Shown: positions 12,277 through 25,632, counted from the stretch's first letter. The stretch: DNA of 64,000 nt from Amoebophrya sp. A120 (GCA_905178155.1 CAJINV010000002.1:8575224-8639223); one strand, 5' to 3'. The notes: generated by a model from the letters alone, not told the origin. Translations and numbers: made by a program.

Positions 12277-15200
12277 TCATTCCAGGCTCCCGACGTCCTG
12301 CATCGCCAACGGCGCCAGGATTGCCCACAACGACAACAACCCCACTGTACTGCGGCCGAGCTTGTGAATCTTCGCCGGCTGCTCCGCGGCGTTTTCCGCA
12401 TTCTTGTCTTTTTTCACGGGCTTCGGCGGCGCCTCCTTGTAGATTGCGTTGGCCAATTGCAGTGTGGATTGCGGCAGAATGGAGGCGATTAACGGGCTTG
12501 AATTGAACAGAGACGGCTGCTCACCACTTCCGAGAAAATCGTTTTCTGCGTCTTCCTCTCCAGTGCCCGCTGTGAAACTCCCGAGCCCATTCCTCCCCAT
12601 TCCCGCACGCCCACAAGCGGTCGGCACGGTGGAACTTCCGGTCGTGACAAGGGCTGGAAGTCGGTCCGCTTCCACCTGGCCGATGGTCGTCATCTGCACC
12701 CCTCGAGCGGTGATCAATGCCTTCGAGGTTTTCTGGAACATCACACCCAGGTCGGGCAGTCGCTGCTTCGGGCCGTACAGCATGTGCTGGAGATGCAAGC
12801 CGAAGAGTAAATTCTGGTCAGCGTATTGCTGACTGATGTCCACTAGGTCGAGTTTCATCTTCGAAGTCGTGACATCTACTTCTTGTTTGTTCGTCGCTTT
12901 AATGTTTGCTGCGGCAGTGTCGCTACTTCCACCCTGACTGTGCTGTTCCGGCGCTCCTGCTGCAGACGCAGTTCTTATATTACCGTCCGCCCCCGCCGCC
13001 GGTCCTGCACTCATTCCACTCAAAGAGAACCCCTCCTCCCCGATGTTGCCGCAGAGCCACAGCAGCATCTTGACGTGCAACAGCGTCCACTTTCGCTTCA
13101 CGAACACGTCCAAGAACTGCTTCACTTTGAAGAGCTCCGCGAGTTTGGAAAATTCCGTGTGAATGTCGACCAGCGGGCGCCAATAGCGGACGTGTTTCTC
13201 CAGGCTTTTCGGCGACCGGCCAGCGGCGGCGGACGAGGATGACGCGGTGTAGTTGTTGACCATAGGATCCTTTTTCGACGTCCCGAAAAAGTTGTAATTG
13301 TACTTGTCGTGGACAGCAACAGTCGGATCATTTCTGCTATTCGCGGACCCTGTAGAAGTTGTTCTGGACGGAGTTGTGGCTCCACCACCTGCACCATGCT
13401 TTGCTCCGCTATAATGTGCTGTGGTAGTTCCCGCGCCATTCGCTGTCGATTCCTTCGACGACGAAGCCCCGGAAGTAGATCCCCCCTTGTTCTTCGAGGG
13501 CTTCTTCTCCGCGGGCTCCTGGCCGAGGAGTTCTTGGTTGATCTGGTCTTGGAGGTCAAAACCAAAGTCCGACTCGTCGTCCTTCGTCGTTCCGGGCGTG
13601 GACTCCCCAGCACCGTACTGATCGGTAGAAATGTTATGATTTCCATTCGCCAAAAGTGAACTAGAATTCGGGTTGTTCGTTAATTGCTCGTCTTTTCCTA
13701 AAAGTTTGTCCAAATAACTGTCGATCTCCTTGTCGAGCACCTTCCCGTCGTCGATGTTGTTGAAAAAATCCTCCTCCTCCGCTTCCAAAATCGCCGAGGA
13801 GAATTCGAAATTGTCAAAGTGGTGGTCGAAGTACCCAGTTTCGATCAACTTCTCGATGTCCGTCTCTTCCAACTTGTGCATCAAAAGTTTCTCTTTGCTG
13901 TTGCGAACCACCAAATCTTCGTAATTGATGCTGTGTTCACCGGAAGATCCGCCTCCGGAGGACTGAAACAAATGCTGCGCCAATCGGCTATCTGGGTTAG
14001 ATAAAGACTGTTGAACTGTTTTTGAAGATGTCGCTTGTTGTGTTGCTTCGCCTTTCAGTTTCTCTTTGTGGTGAGAGCTGCTGTTATTTTTTGTGGAAAA
14101 GGACCCGTCCTTATTTTTCTTGCTGTTGTCTCTACTGTCAGTGGCCCCGTAGTACCCCTCGTACTCCTGTTTGTACTGGTACTCGTCGATTATCTTCTTC
14201 ATCTTCTTCCCCTCGTAATACACCGAGTCGGAATATTCCCCCCACAAATTCCACTCCGATTTTAGCTCCTTCCGCCACCTGCTCTCCTGTCGCAGCGCGT
14301 TGTGCTTGAAGCTGTTCACTTCGAACGCGGAATTTCTGCCGTTGTCGAGAAACTGGTGGTGCTTGTTTTTGTGGTTGCTCGGTTTGTGCTTGTGGTAGTG
14401 GTCACAGTGAACAGAGTACGGGTCTTCCTTCTGGGTTGCGGAAACATACTCCATGTACTGGTTTCTTCTCTGCAACCACTGCGCTCCGAAAAACTCCAAC
14501 AGGCGGGAGGGGTCGCGGGGCTGAGGTGTGTGTGTGTGTGTGGAGTGGAAATCGGGAAGATAGAAAACACATTTTGGAGAAAAGATAGAATTAGAAACCT
14601 CGAGTACAAGATCCGTGGCGTGATGATTCGTCGAAAGTGAAATATGAATGCTACTGAACAGTCTAGTTAAAGAAAAGGCATGATCAACATGAAAAGGAAC
14701 TGAAATCATGCGAAACTCTGCTTGTGCTGAATCACGGAGAAGTAAAATGGTATAAAAGCAATACGGGCTTCCCGGCCTGATGTCGGTCCTTGGGTGACTT
14801 CAGGCCCAAGGGTTTTTCGTAGTGCTCGTAGTAGAATTCGCTCAGCATTTGGAAGGCCTGGCCGAAGTTTCGGCAGTTTGGGACGGCCGCAGTACTGTCT
14901 GCCGGCTTGCCGTTTCCGATCCCGTGGCCACTCGCGCCCGTGAAAGCGGTGCCCGGAGTGCCTAGAGAGTGCCAGTCGCTGCTGCCCCCGTCCGCGCTGC
15001 AGCCGAAATTGAGGTATTCGACGATGGACGCCTTGTCTTTCTGCATTCGGTACAAGAGCGCCGGCTGGTTGTTGTTCACCGACATGCTGTCCTCGAAGTG
15101 TTTCAGGAACGCGATAACCGTGAAGGGGAGGAGGGAAAACGCTTTCTGTGATTCGGGACACAATTCTCGATTCTGCACGTCCGGGAAGCAGATATTTCGG

Positions 15201-18200
15201 AGCAGAAGCTGCGACTCCTTCTTTTTCATCTGCAGGCACCAGTCGAAGGACTCCCACTGAGTAATCTGCTGCACAGCGGTACCTGCGGCGCTGTTCTCCT
15301 TTTCCGCCCCGTCTTTGTCTTTCGCCGCTGTGCCGTTCACGGTGGTAATTGCCGCGGAATCTGATTCCGAGCCCGTGTTCGCTCCTGCATTGGCACCTCC
15401 ACCAGCTGGAGCCGCGGCTAAACTTCGGCCGGAGCTGATGTTTGCCCAGCGGCCACCGTCGTACTTCCCGGGAACTCCGTGTGTGAACTTCATCTCCTCC
15501 TTCTTCAGCCGCCGCTCACTCATCGACGTGATGGAGGTCAAAAGCACTTTCACCAAGCACTGCTTTGGCCAGTAGTCTAAACACACCCGCTGGAGCGCGT
15601 ACAGTCGGCGGTTGTCGATGGAAACGAGCTTTTTGTAGGGACAAAAGTGGTTGCTCGCGCAGCTGTCGCTGGTCACATCTTGGTCCATCAAAAGAACCCG
15701 GATCGAGGGGAACGGTGTGTAGAGTAAGTGCACCGAATTCGCCAGCGAGCCGGACTGCTTCGCCTCGAAATTCGTGATCTTTCCCTTGTCGCCCACCACG
15801 GTCGACCGGTTTTCCGCTTTTGCTTGCAAATAGTTGTTCTGAATCTGCTCCTGCTTCCGGTCCTGTTCCTCCGACTCGGTTCCCGAAGAAGCGACCAGTT
15901 GTGCTGGGGGCTGCTGGTTCGTCAGCAAGTGCGGGTTCCACAACACCTGTGGCCCGTTGGTCCCGAACGCCAACTCATTCCAGGAGCAGACGCCGGAGGA
16001 CTTCCCCCCGCAAAGCGATACTTCCTCGGACCAAATGGACTGAATCACTTCCTCCACCGGACCTTTCCCGTGGAAGAACGGGTGGATTTCCCGCTGCGAA
16101 AAGTGGATGTGCAAGGGGTTGATCCATCGCTCCTCCCAATTTAGCCTTTCGTTTCCTAAATTCTGGATTTCCTCGGTAACGAACTTGCAGAAAAACCCAA
16201 GGTCGGGTTGATTCACCAGGGTGCGTAGGTAGAAACCGACCGCGTAGCTCAAATAGAAATGCTTGGCGTCCTGGGAAAGAAAGTTTTCCCCCACGGTAGT
16301 TTGTTTCCACGAGTTAAAGCTGTTCTTTGTCAGCAACAGATTCTGGTTCTGGTTATACAAGCTATCTCCCCCGGCGGAACTCGGAGGTCGGGGCGGATTG
16401 CTTGATGTATTTCTCTGGTTGGTGGACGCCATTGTGGCCCGCCGGGAATCCTCATCCTCGAACTCGAGTGCGGTGCCGTAACTGGACACAGTCGTGCACG
16501 AGCCAAACGGAGCAGTCGAAGTCGAAGAGTTGTTTGCTCTTTGCAGTGTGCTGCCCGTAGTACTTGAATCATTGTGTTCCACCTGCTGCGGCGCACAGCT
16601 CCCCTGTGCATCAGTCGGCGGGGAGGGCGGAAGGGGAGGGAGCGGCGGTAGGGGGTTAGTACCTGTCGAGGAGGTTCGCTCTGCTGATATGCTGCCTTGC
16701 TGTGCAGCAGCATCTGTTTGCTGCTGCTGCTGCGCGCCTCCAGCAGCGGTATCTTTGCTACTGACCGTGTTGTGTCGCGTCAAGTAGGTCTCTTCGTCCA
16801 GGAGATCCTGCAATTGCTTCAGGTAAGGGTCCATCTGGGATTTTTCCGCGTCAGCCAGCAAATTCTCAACCACGGGACAGCGATTCATCTGTAAACGCAG
16901 CAGTGTCGAGAAAACGGATCCGAACTGCCCAAGAGCGGAGGTAGATGATGCTTTTGCGGTGGACATGCAGCCCTTGCTATTAGTTTGTCCTATTGTGTTG
17001 CTCTTCACGAAGTCGTCGACGCGTACGAAAAATTTGTCTCCGGTCCTCCGAACTGCGGTCATTTTCGGCAACTTATTGAGAATCTTGTTCAACACCAAAG
17101 TTGCGGGCTTGGGTTTGTCGAAAGAGCTATAGTGACTTGTCTCTTCGTGTTTTGGGGAAGGCGTTTTTGGTTTCGTCTTCTGTTCAAAGAGCGGCAGCGG
17201 GCCAACGATCTGTCCATCGAAATCAGACACAAACTCGAAGCACGCAGTCGGAAGCAGTGTCTGGTTGCTGGAACTCTGTACCGTTTTGTTGTTTTTCGTG
17301 TCGTGTTTATTGTCTCTTCCCGCAGCCGCCCCGCCGGCCGTCTGAGCGGTCGCGGCCTGTTGTCCGGCAACAGAAGTGTCGGTATAGTTCTGCTTCTCAT
17401 ATTCGTGATACGGATTGTACCGGATGTGCGGTTGCGGAGTCTTGTCAGACGCCGCTGCATTGTGCGCCTGCACCTCCTTCTCCGTCGATTGTGCAGCCGG
17501 CGCGTGCTTCTTGTTGCTATTGTGCTGCTGGTACAGCGCGCTCCAGTCCTGCTCTTGTTCATACTGAACAAGATTCTGGTGTTTAACGTTCGCGTTATTA
17601 ACCACATTATTTCTCTGCTGTTGGTTCGCTGCAACTGGTTGCTGGTAGTACTGGTCGCTCTCCTCGCCGAGTTCGTACCGAATATTGTTGTACTTCTTTC
17701 CACCGCCACCGTTCGCAGTCTGCTGGTGTCCAGAACCAGCTGCACCTAAGTGGTACTTACTTGCTTCCACCGGATGCTCGTCGGGCTCCGAGTCGCTACC
17801 CGGGTCGATAATCATGTCCCCGTAACGAAACTTCTTGCCGTCGTTGGTTTTGAAATTAAACAGCGGGTTTTGGGAGTCGTCTGCCTGCTGTAGTTCTGCG
17901 ATCGTCACGTCTGCCATGATATCCTCGAAATTAGTCGCGGAGGGGGCGGCATTTTTCGTTTCTTCTTCGGCCGATGTTGAGGGTGCCTGTTTAACATTTC
18001 CTCCTGCTTTGTTCGTCTGCTTCGGATCAAGCTCCACTGGCGGAGCAACGCTACTCTTCCCTTGCGTTGCAGATGTTCCGGGCAACACACCGCCAACCTG
18101 CACGAGACTGCCTCCCTTTGCGAGCAGCATTTTCTGCCCCTTTTCGGTCAGATGCGACGGATGAACCACCATTGCTGGAACAGCCGCACTACTGCCGGGC

Positions 18201-19297
18201 GGTCCACCGACGTCTCCCTTGGGTTGATGTACTGATCCCTTGGCTTGGCTACCCACACTGGCGGTCGGCGACATCAACTGTGCGCTAGTTTGTCCTGCTC
18301 CCCCCGTCGGCGGCGGCCCGGTGGGTGGCGGCTGCATCGGTGCAGCAGCAGCAGCAGCGCCGCCCTTTCCAAGGTGCTGAAAGTGAAGATCTGCTGGTTG
18401 GTGATACGGGGGGCCTCCTGCGGCAGCTGTGGCCGGAATATCGAATCCACCTGCGGGCGGCTGCATGATGGGCGCACCAGCAGGAGCTCCTCCGGGTGGT
18501 CCCACCCCCGCCCCTGGGAGATGCTGATACGCAGGTGGGAGCTGGCCCACCAAGGCGGGCCCACCCGCCCCCGGCGCAGGTGCAGCCGGAGCGGCCATGA
18601 GCGGGATGCCGCCCTTTATCATCATCGGCGGACCCGGGGCCGCAATGCCGGCGCCGGGCAGGAACATCGCCGCGCCGGGCGCCGGCGCGCCCGCGGGCGG
18701 CAGGGCGGCCCCAGCCGCGCCCCCCTTCATCATCGCCATCTGTGCGGCCGTAGACGAGCCCTTCATCAGGAGCTGTGCGGGCGAAATCTTGGTCGGCATG
18801 TTCGCCGGGTTCATGTCCTGCACCTGTTCCGCCCCGGTGTTCGCCTTCTTGTTTTTCGACTTCGATTTTTTGGACAGCTGCACCGCTGCCGCTTTTTGCT
18901 GCATGGACAGGTGTTGCTGGGGCTGCTGTTGAGAAGATTGCTGCTGTACAACTAGCGCAGGAGCAGCTCCAGCTCCTCCCGGAGCAGGTTGTTGGGGTTG
19001 TTGTACTAGTTGCTGAGCTGCAGCGGCCTGCTGCTGCAGCTCCTTCTGTTCCACGTGTTGCGCGTACGCCGCAATATCGTTCATGCTGCTGGGTTTCTTG
19101 AAGGCCGCGACGAAAATTTGACTCACCGGCATGTTCGGAAAGTAGTCCCGGATCGGCGCAAACGGGCACCCGGGGTCCGGCTGGACCCGGAGCTCGTGGG
19201 GGAGAAAGCCCGCCCCGTACCACTCCCGCATCTGACTTTGGAGAAAGGGGCCCTGGACCCGCCCCTTTCTGTCGATATACCGCCACTCGTTGGACAT
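12277..19297 (-). CDS. Large GYF-domain protein (~2,260 aa) with internal ParB/Srx-like segment
   Basis: N-terminal WRYIDRKGRVQGPFLQSQMREWYGAGFL is a GYF signature. ORFs 14732-19366 and 12277-14709 are joined in phase 0 by GT-AG intron 14521-14764. Confidence 0.8.
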
Positions 19298-20505
19298 TGT
19301 TGTGTTGATATTTTTCAATTCAAAAAGTATATAATTGTCGCGGTTCTTAATGTTGGCCGGAAACAAGGAGCATTTCGGGTAATGGACCGGAAGGAAGAAG
19401 TACGAGCAACTTCTACTTTTTTTCAGATCGTTATTAAATCACAACTTCTACGGCTTCGAAGAGGGTCGTCTCGTGCGCTATGCGTACCTATAATTGTTCG
19501 CTACTTTCATGTTTGATGTAGTTCATCATCTTTCTCATCATGATAACGCCATCTAGTCTAGTAAGGTTGTCAATCACGACAAAAATGTAAATCATGATGT
19601 GTTGTGCTACTATGTGGTGACAGAGTAGAAAGCGCGGCGTAGGAATTGTCGCGCTATGAAAAAGTAGAGAAGCGTCGCTGTGTTGTACTGCCAGCTATTC
19701 CAAGTAGGGATTTGGATTTCCATTTCAATTGCTTTGATGATGATCATGTCGCTTTTCATGTTGAGAAATAATGTATGAGAAAACTTCTACTTACAGCTGC
19801 TGGTGCTGTGGCATGTATCGATCTCGACCACTGCTTGTACTATGCGCGGATGGCTTATCGAAAAGATCCATTGTGTTGGAATAACGTGGCTTCCCAGCGC
19901 GTGGTTGGTGAGCTTGATTCTCCCCCTCCGAACGCAGGGGAACGAAGCGAACAACAGTTATTTGTCAGGCACATATGGAAAGTGCGAAATCGTGCGATCT
20001 GGGTAGCAGGAGTGTAAAATCTACTCCTTGCAGTACGAGTACTCGTCGCGTCTGAAAATAAGCAGGTAGACAACCACTCGCAAGTGTTCTTCGGGGATCA
20101 AGTTGATGTAAGGTGTCTATAACAATGTGCTCGCCCTCGGAAAATATGAGATTCCTTCACAAGAGCCAGAACGAGGTAACAGGTCCTCGCTTCTCTGCTG
20201 CGCACGCTATGGTCAGTACCACCGCGATCGATGGGCAGCATCTCGATAGGGAGGTCCCTGGAAAAAAGTGTAGCAAGTTAGTCCTTGTCGTGGAGGACGC
20301 ACGATTCCTCGTTTCAGCGCAGAAGCCATGAACTGAACGGGCCACAGCTGTGAAGGAATACAGTGCCGGTGCCGGTGCTCGTGCTTTTTGAAAAAATGTC
20401 GCCGGTAGTTGAGAGACTGCGAGAAGGAAGACGAGTTACGGTTGATGAGGGGACATCTGAATTATTCGTCCTTGGGTAACAACACATTGCTCTGGTGCTG
20501 GTGGA

Positions 20506-22725
20506 CTACTCCAACGAATGTCCTTCCCCTTCGAACACCATGGTCATTTCAACTTGTTTATCATACTGAAAAGCGCCCCGCCCACAAAAGTGAAAGTTTC
20601 CACCAACGATTGCGTCGCATGAGCAGATCGGCTTCACTGTGACTGTGCTGCTTTCCTGCGAACGCGATGAATTCACTACCATGCATGGAAAATTCCTGAT
20701 GCTGAAGCTGATACATGTACTACATCCAAGGCCGCAGCAAATGACAGACTCTATAAAGGAACCTCCTTTTGTACTACAGAAACTACACGCTTCCCTTCTA
20801 GGGTTGTAGGGGCACTTCTCACTTGGATACTTTTGCTTCTTGTTCCCGCCGGCGGCTGGTTTTTCGTAACCCTCTTTGCTCATCATGTTCCCCGTGTTGT
20901 ACCCGTACGGAGGCTCCTCCCGCACCCCGCCCGGTATTCTTTTCGATATCCAGGGCGTGTCGTCGCTCGCGTCGGACATCATGCTGGAGTCCAAGTCCCG
21001 GGGCGAAACCATCGCGTTGTCGCGGAGCTGGTCTAACCGTGCCGGCTTCCCGTCCAGCCGCTGGCCGGCGCCGCCGAACACACGGGAGTTGTTCGTGGAG
21101 GCGATGCTGCTGGCCGCGTCCATCATGTCCGAGTCGCGCGGACTGGGTTCCATGTTGGAGTTTCCGAACGTTTTGTCGGGGGAAGAGAACTGATTCAGGT
21201 CGGTGCTACCTGATGAAAGTTCAATAGCAGGAGGTACTAGATTCATTTGATTTCATGTTCATTTGATATACGTGGTCTATAAAGCTTCATACACATACAT
21301 CACTACTATCAATCTACTAGGTGGTGTTTCGATTGCTGCAATTATGCTCGAAAAATGCGACTGTTCTATCAGCAGGAGCAAGTGCAGACGCAAAGGACCA
21401 CTACCTGTCGCTCCTCCGCCTAGCGGCAAGGACGGTGGTACTTGCGGCTCCACGTAGTCCTTTGGTGGCGCGAAGTCCACGTTCACGTCCGTTTCGATCA
21501 CACAGATCGCGTTGGCGGGCTTGCACTCCATTATCTCGATTTCATACCGCTTCTTGTTGTATGTAATGCTGATACCTGAGTCAAAGCGACAGGTCTGAAT
21601 TTCGTCACCGTGCAATCGATTTTTTTTACAACGATTTTGGGCTAATATATAATGCTGGGCACAAAGACAGTTGCTCGCAGCAGGTGAGATATAACCTGCA
21701 CAGCCACAAAAAGGAAGAGGCTTGCAGAGCAATAGATGCAACACGGTTAGACCGAAATCGAAAAAGCACAAACTCAAATCAAAACTGTATGTATACAATC
21801 GCCGACTGTCAAGGTCGCGAATCCTCGCAGGCTGTTCTCCAGGACGGTTTTTGGATTGTGAATCGACAAAAAATCGCTGGTTACTGGCCGGAGTTTGACG
21901 AATTTTCCCTTTGGCAGGGAGGTGTTCATGATCCTTATCAAGTCCCCCTCGGATATGACTTGCTCAACCGTTACAATCTCAAACGTTGCAATAGAGTCTG
22001 CGATTTGTCTTGCATGATGAGCATGACAGACTCGCAGAGCGTTCCACTTTCTGCAATACAAATTTCGCCAGATTGTAGTGGGGTTTGGGGCTCCGGAGCT
22101 TGTCATGCGCAATCCTATAAGAGTTGGCATGGCTAGATCATGCACTCTTGCATCACAGATTTCCATATTCTATTGTAACGTTTGACATTGTAACACCTGA
22201 GAGGGTTATATCGGACAACAACAGATTCTGCATCATCCAATAAGGAAGGTAACACGTTCCCTCCTCAGCGACAAATTCCTGCACGCCGCAGTGGGTGCGG
22301 TGCGTGTTACCGTTGGAAGCCTGTGGATGTTGCATTTCAAAGGAGTTCTATTTGGATCATCTCTAAGCGGTTTTACAGAGATTGTGACACAACAAAAACA
22401 TCAAAATTGCGACATAAAACTCTATCCGGGAGGATTGATGAGGAGGAGCGGGCGACCAGAATCAATTTTTTCCAATCATCTAGTATAATACCTCAAACAG
22501 CATCGGGTAGCTGATGTTGAGACGGGCCAGGTTGTCCAGTGCTGAGCTCGGCAGTATTATCTTGTTTCCCGACTCCAGGTCCTCCCTTCCGGCAAAGCTG
22601 ACCGGGTAGCAGCGGTACTGCACATCGAAGCGGGCGTTCGGATTGTGCATCGCATTTCCAAAAAAGTTCGCGAAGAAACCCCCGCCTCCGGGGTCGCCCC
22701 CGCCGCCGGGGCCGCGGTTGAACAT
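20506..22725 (-). CDS. UFD1: Ubiquitin fusion degradation protein 1
   Basis: [67 protein letters not shown]-like [14 protein letters not shown] introns 22321-22491, 21576-21796, 21210-21404 and one non-canonical intron. 3' exon structure uncertain. Confidence 0.95.
21954..22210 (-). mobile_element. IR-bounded introner-like non-canonical intron in UFD1 (257 bp + 5-bp direct repeat)
   Basis: TAT...ATA ends, ~42-bp imperfect IR, tcgga at 21949-21953 and 22211-22215. Removal restores conserved [13 protein letters not shown]. Confidence 0.92.
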
Positions 22726-23679
22726 AGTGGGTTTCTTCCCGGTATTCTTGATCAACGGGTGCTATTTGCGGAAACCCAAGTGAGTAAAAGTTGAAAATCA
22801 CAATCCTACTTGAAGATGATGTTGATGTTCATATGATATACTTACATAACACTTGATTCTGCGAGGCCTGCGCGGGCGTGCATTATTGCGTTCAAGTTTT
22901 GTAGGTTATTGAGGTCCTGAATGTTCCACAACATCAACGATTTGCAGTGCACCGAGACGAGTGACAGTGAATCTATCTTCATCAAAACACCGACGTAGAC
23001 CTAGAAAAGACAAGTTTTCATCTGTGACTAAATTTCTTACTCTTCTTGGCGCTAGAGAAAGGTACTTACGCGACCGTCACTGAGGAAAATATTGATAGAT
23101 ATCCCTAGAAAACAAGCGCGCTTACGTCCCCCGTTCGTTGTATAAGGTACAGCTATTGCTGCAGATCAATTTTTTGCAGCGTCAACTAACTATTCAAACT
23201 CGTAATCCATGGTCGGAGGTCGAAGGAGTGAACTTTGACTTTCCAGATGCATCAACATTTTGCGGCATATAAAAGTTTTGGAGGTAAATCGTGTAGTACC
23301 AGGCACAATATTCTTTTTGTTCCACCACAACTGAAGATTTGGACCCAGATGATAGTTTGCGGTAGAGTTCGTCTTTGTTGTGACCAACGCTGCTGGTACA
23401 TGAGCAGTCCGCGGTTGGTATTGAAGAACACGCTTGATAATTTTTGTCGGTCAGGCGAAAGATGCACAAGCACCAGCCTACGCATGGCACCTGCCGGGCC
23501 CAGGTGGACCACACTGGTTTTGCCTTGCATATTTCGTCTTTTGCGTTTTTTCCTTTTGCTTTTGTTGTCGCTATGTTTCGTTTATTTTTCATCTTCCTCG
23601 TCCAACATTTCATTGCAAACCACCACCATTTACAGCATGATTCGCAGGGGCGTTCCCGTTGTGTTGACAAGAAACATAA

Positions 23680-23780
23680 AACTCGCTGAAAATCAGCGCA
23701 CGGAAACCGAAACAAAACAGCTGGCATAAGCATATGCCCACTGTCTGTCTCTGTCTGTGCGCGTCACACTTTTTTGTAGT
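23680..23780 (-). promoter_or_regulatory. Candidate SECIS element of the SelT mRNA (atypical)
   Basis: Minus strand GUGAC-gcgcac...gugcgc-UGAU: tandem GA/AG quartet closing a long hairpin, ~350 nt after the SelT stop. Lacks the usual unpaired AA. Confidence 0.55.
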
Positions 23781-24120
23781 CATGCTTGTCAAAGGATATA
23801 CTGACGAAAATTCCCCGGAAGATGCCGCCAGCATGAGTCAGCACTGCCTCCTTATCTGTATTCTCAAAGGGAGATCTCCACTACAAGTCGTCTCTGGCGT
23901 GCTGTTGCTGTATTGCTGATGTGATAGCGCATCATGAAATACGAATGTCGTCAGAAGAGATTCACTTCTGGGGCGGTGAGGGGTACGGGTAGTTGGGGTA
24001 GAAGTACTATCCCTTGTTGTCGCTTTCATATCCGCTACCGGGGTAGAGGTAGACGTAGCAGGATTATTAGGAGGGGAAATTCCAGTTCTGGTAGAAAGAC
24101 TGCAGAGCCGCCATCTCACA

Positions 24121-25632
24121 CTACGGCACTGCGCTCTGCATCAACTCCAGGCCAACCCTATGAATTGCAAAAGCATCGTACTAGTATAAATCGCATGACA
24201 AATTTGCTCAGCATCATCATCATCATTGAGACGGACCCCCTGTGGTCGTCCTCACGGTGTCGTCTTGGCCCTAGGCTCAGCATGAGAAATGTAATTTGTA
24301 ATGCTGTTTTACCTTGGGATGGGAATTTGTAATGCATGACTGCGATTACTACGAGTACGATACTTTTGCACAGGATAAACCCGTTTACACCCGTAGAAGA
24401 TGTCGTGGTAGTTTGGCATGCGGTATGGATTGTAAAAATGTCTGGGTCTGGAAGGTTGGAACTTGTCACGCGAAGTCTGGATAGTACAGAAATTTGTGTT
24501 GCATGATTACCAAAAGGCGTCCACGTTTGAACAAGTGTAGCGGCAGTTTGTCATGCGGATAGACATGATAGAGACTTCACAGAACCTGTCATGCTAAGTC
24601 CTGCATTGCAGACCTCTTGGGGCATGCAAAATATGCATGACAAATTCGCATTCTTCCAGACCCAGACATTTTTACATTTGATATGCGGTGGTTATTTGCC
24701 AGACTCGACCATGCTACCTTGTCCTGGTAGTAAATCTCAAACGCACCGGTTTGCAGAAAGGCGGACGCGGCTACGTTTCCGAAAAGCCAGATAACTGTTG
24801 TGGTGTGTAGATAATTAACTGACGACTGAATTTCTTCATTGTCAAGATGCATACGCAAAAGATGAGGCGCCACGGTATTTATGCGTGTGTTTTTATTCGC
24901 TAGCTTACGAATGTATGAAATGTCGTTCTCGCTTTTGCTTTTATTCCAAGCACGACGTTGCTACGACCATTGCTTTGACATCACAAATCTTCAAATTGAA
25001 TTAAGTACTCATGAAACTGGCCATCTTGTTTCCGCTCAGCGCCTGCACCAGGCCCGGTATTGGCAGCTTGAGCATCTTTTCGAACAGCATCTCGCCGGCG
25101 AAGACGAGAAAGAAGAGGGTAAGTTGAAACATCTGGAACACCTGCGCCATGTACTGCCTCGAGGGTGGGACGGGGTAGTTCGCCCCAAGCACCTCGATGT
25201 CGTCACGCGCAGCGCGCTCTAAAATCAGCCGGTGCACCTGTCGAAAGGTGCCCTCGTAAGCTCAGCCGTTGCAGTACATCACGATCACCTGCGGTGGTTT
25301 TTCATGACTTTTGATGCAAAAACGAAGATCCAATTCTGCATGGATGGACAGGAGCACTGGGTGTTCTTGCATATGCAAAAAATAAAAAAGAAAAATCGCG
25401 CGCATGCAAATTAATTCGTAGTCAGATCATGATCACATGTATCACGACCCAGGCACTACGCAATCTTCTTCTTGACGAAAAACGTACGATTCAGTACCTG
25501 ATTATCTGGCATGTTTTTCGGTGATGGATCCCAGTCTGCTTCTGCGGCGCGCAGGTTGGCAACTTGTCCTTGCACAAATTGAGCTAACCCCGCGGCGATG
25601 CAAACCTTGTGTATGAAGTTTTTTTTGTTCAT
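24121..25632 (-). CDS. SELENOT: Selenoprotein T (Rdx family), ~199 aa, Sec at UGA 25262-25264
   Basis: Signal-peptide-like N-terminus, VIVMYCNG-U-AY (CxxU), GANYP, hydrophobic segment, QTGAFEIY. GT-AG introns 25289-25497 and 24795-25008 plus two non-canonical introns give a 600-nt CDS. Confidence 0.93.
24159..24377 (-). mobile_element. IR-bounded introner-like intron in SelT (219 bp + 5-bp direct repeat); same family as 44397-44542
   Basis: tatgaattgcaaaagcatcgtact...agtacgatacttttgcacaggata; aaccc at 24154-24158 and 24378-24382. Removal gives CKRVGLELMQSAVP*. Confidence 0.88.
24424..24683 (-). mobile_element. IR-bounded introner-like intron in SelT (260 bp + 5-bp direct repeat); same family as 59628-59889
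   Basis: Perfect 24-bp IR tgtaaaaatgtctgggtctggaag inside TAT...ATA ends; tgcgg at 24419-24423 and 24684-24688. Removal gives WSSLANNHRMPNYHDIF. Confidence 0.92.
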
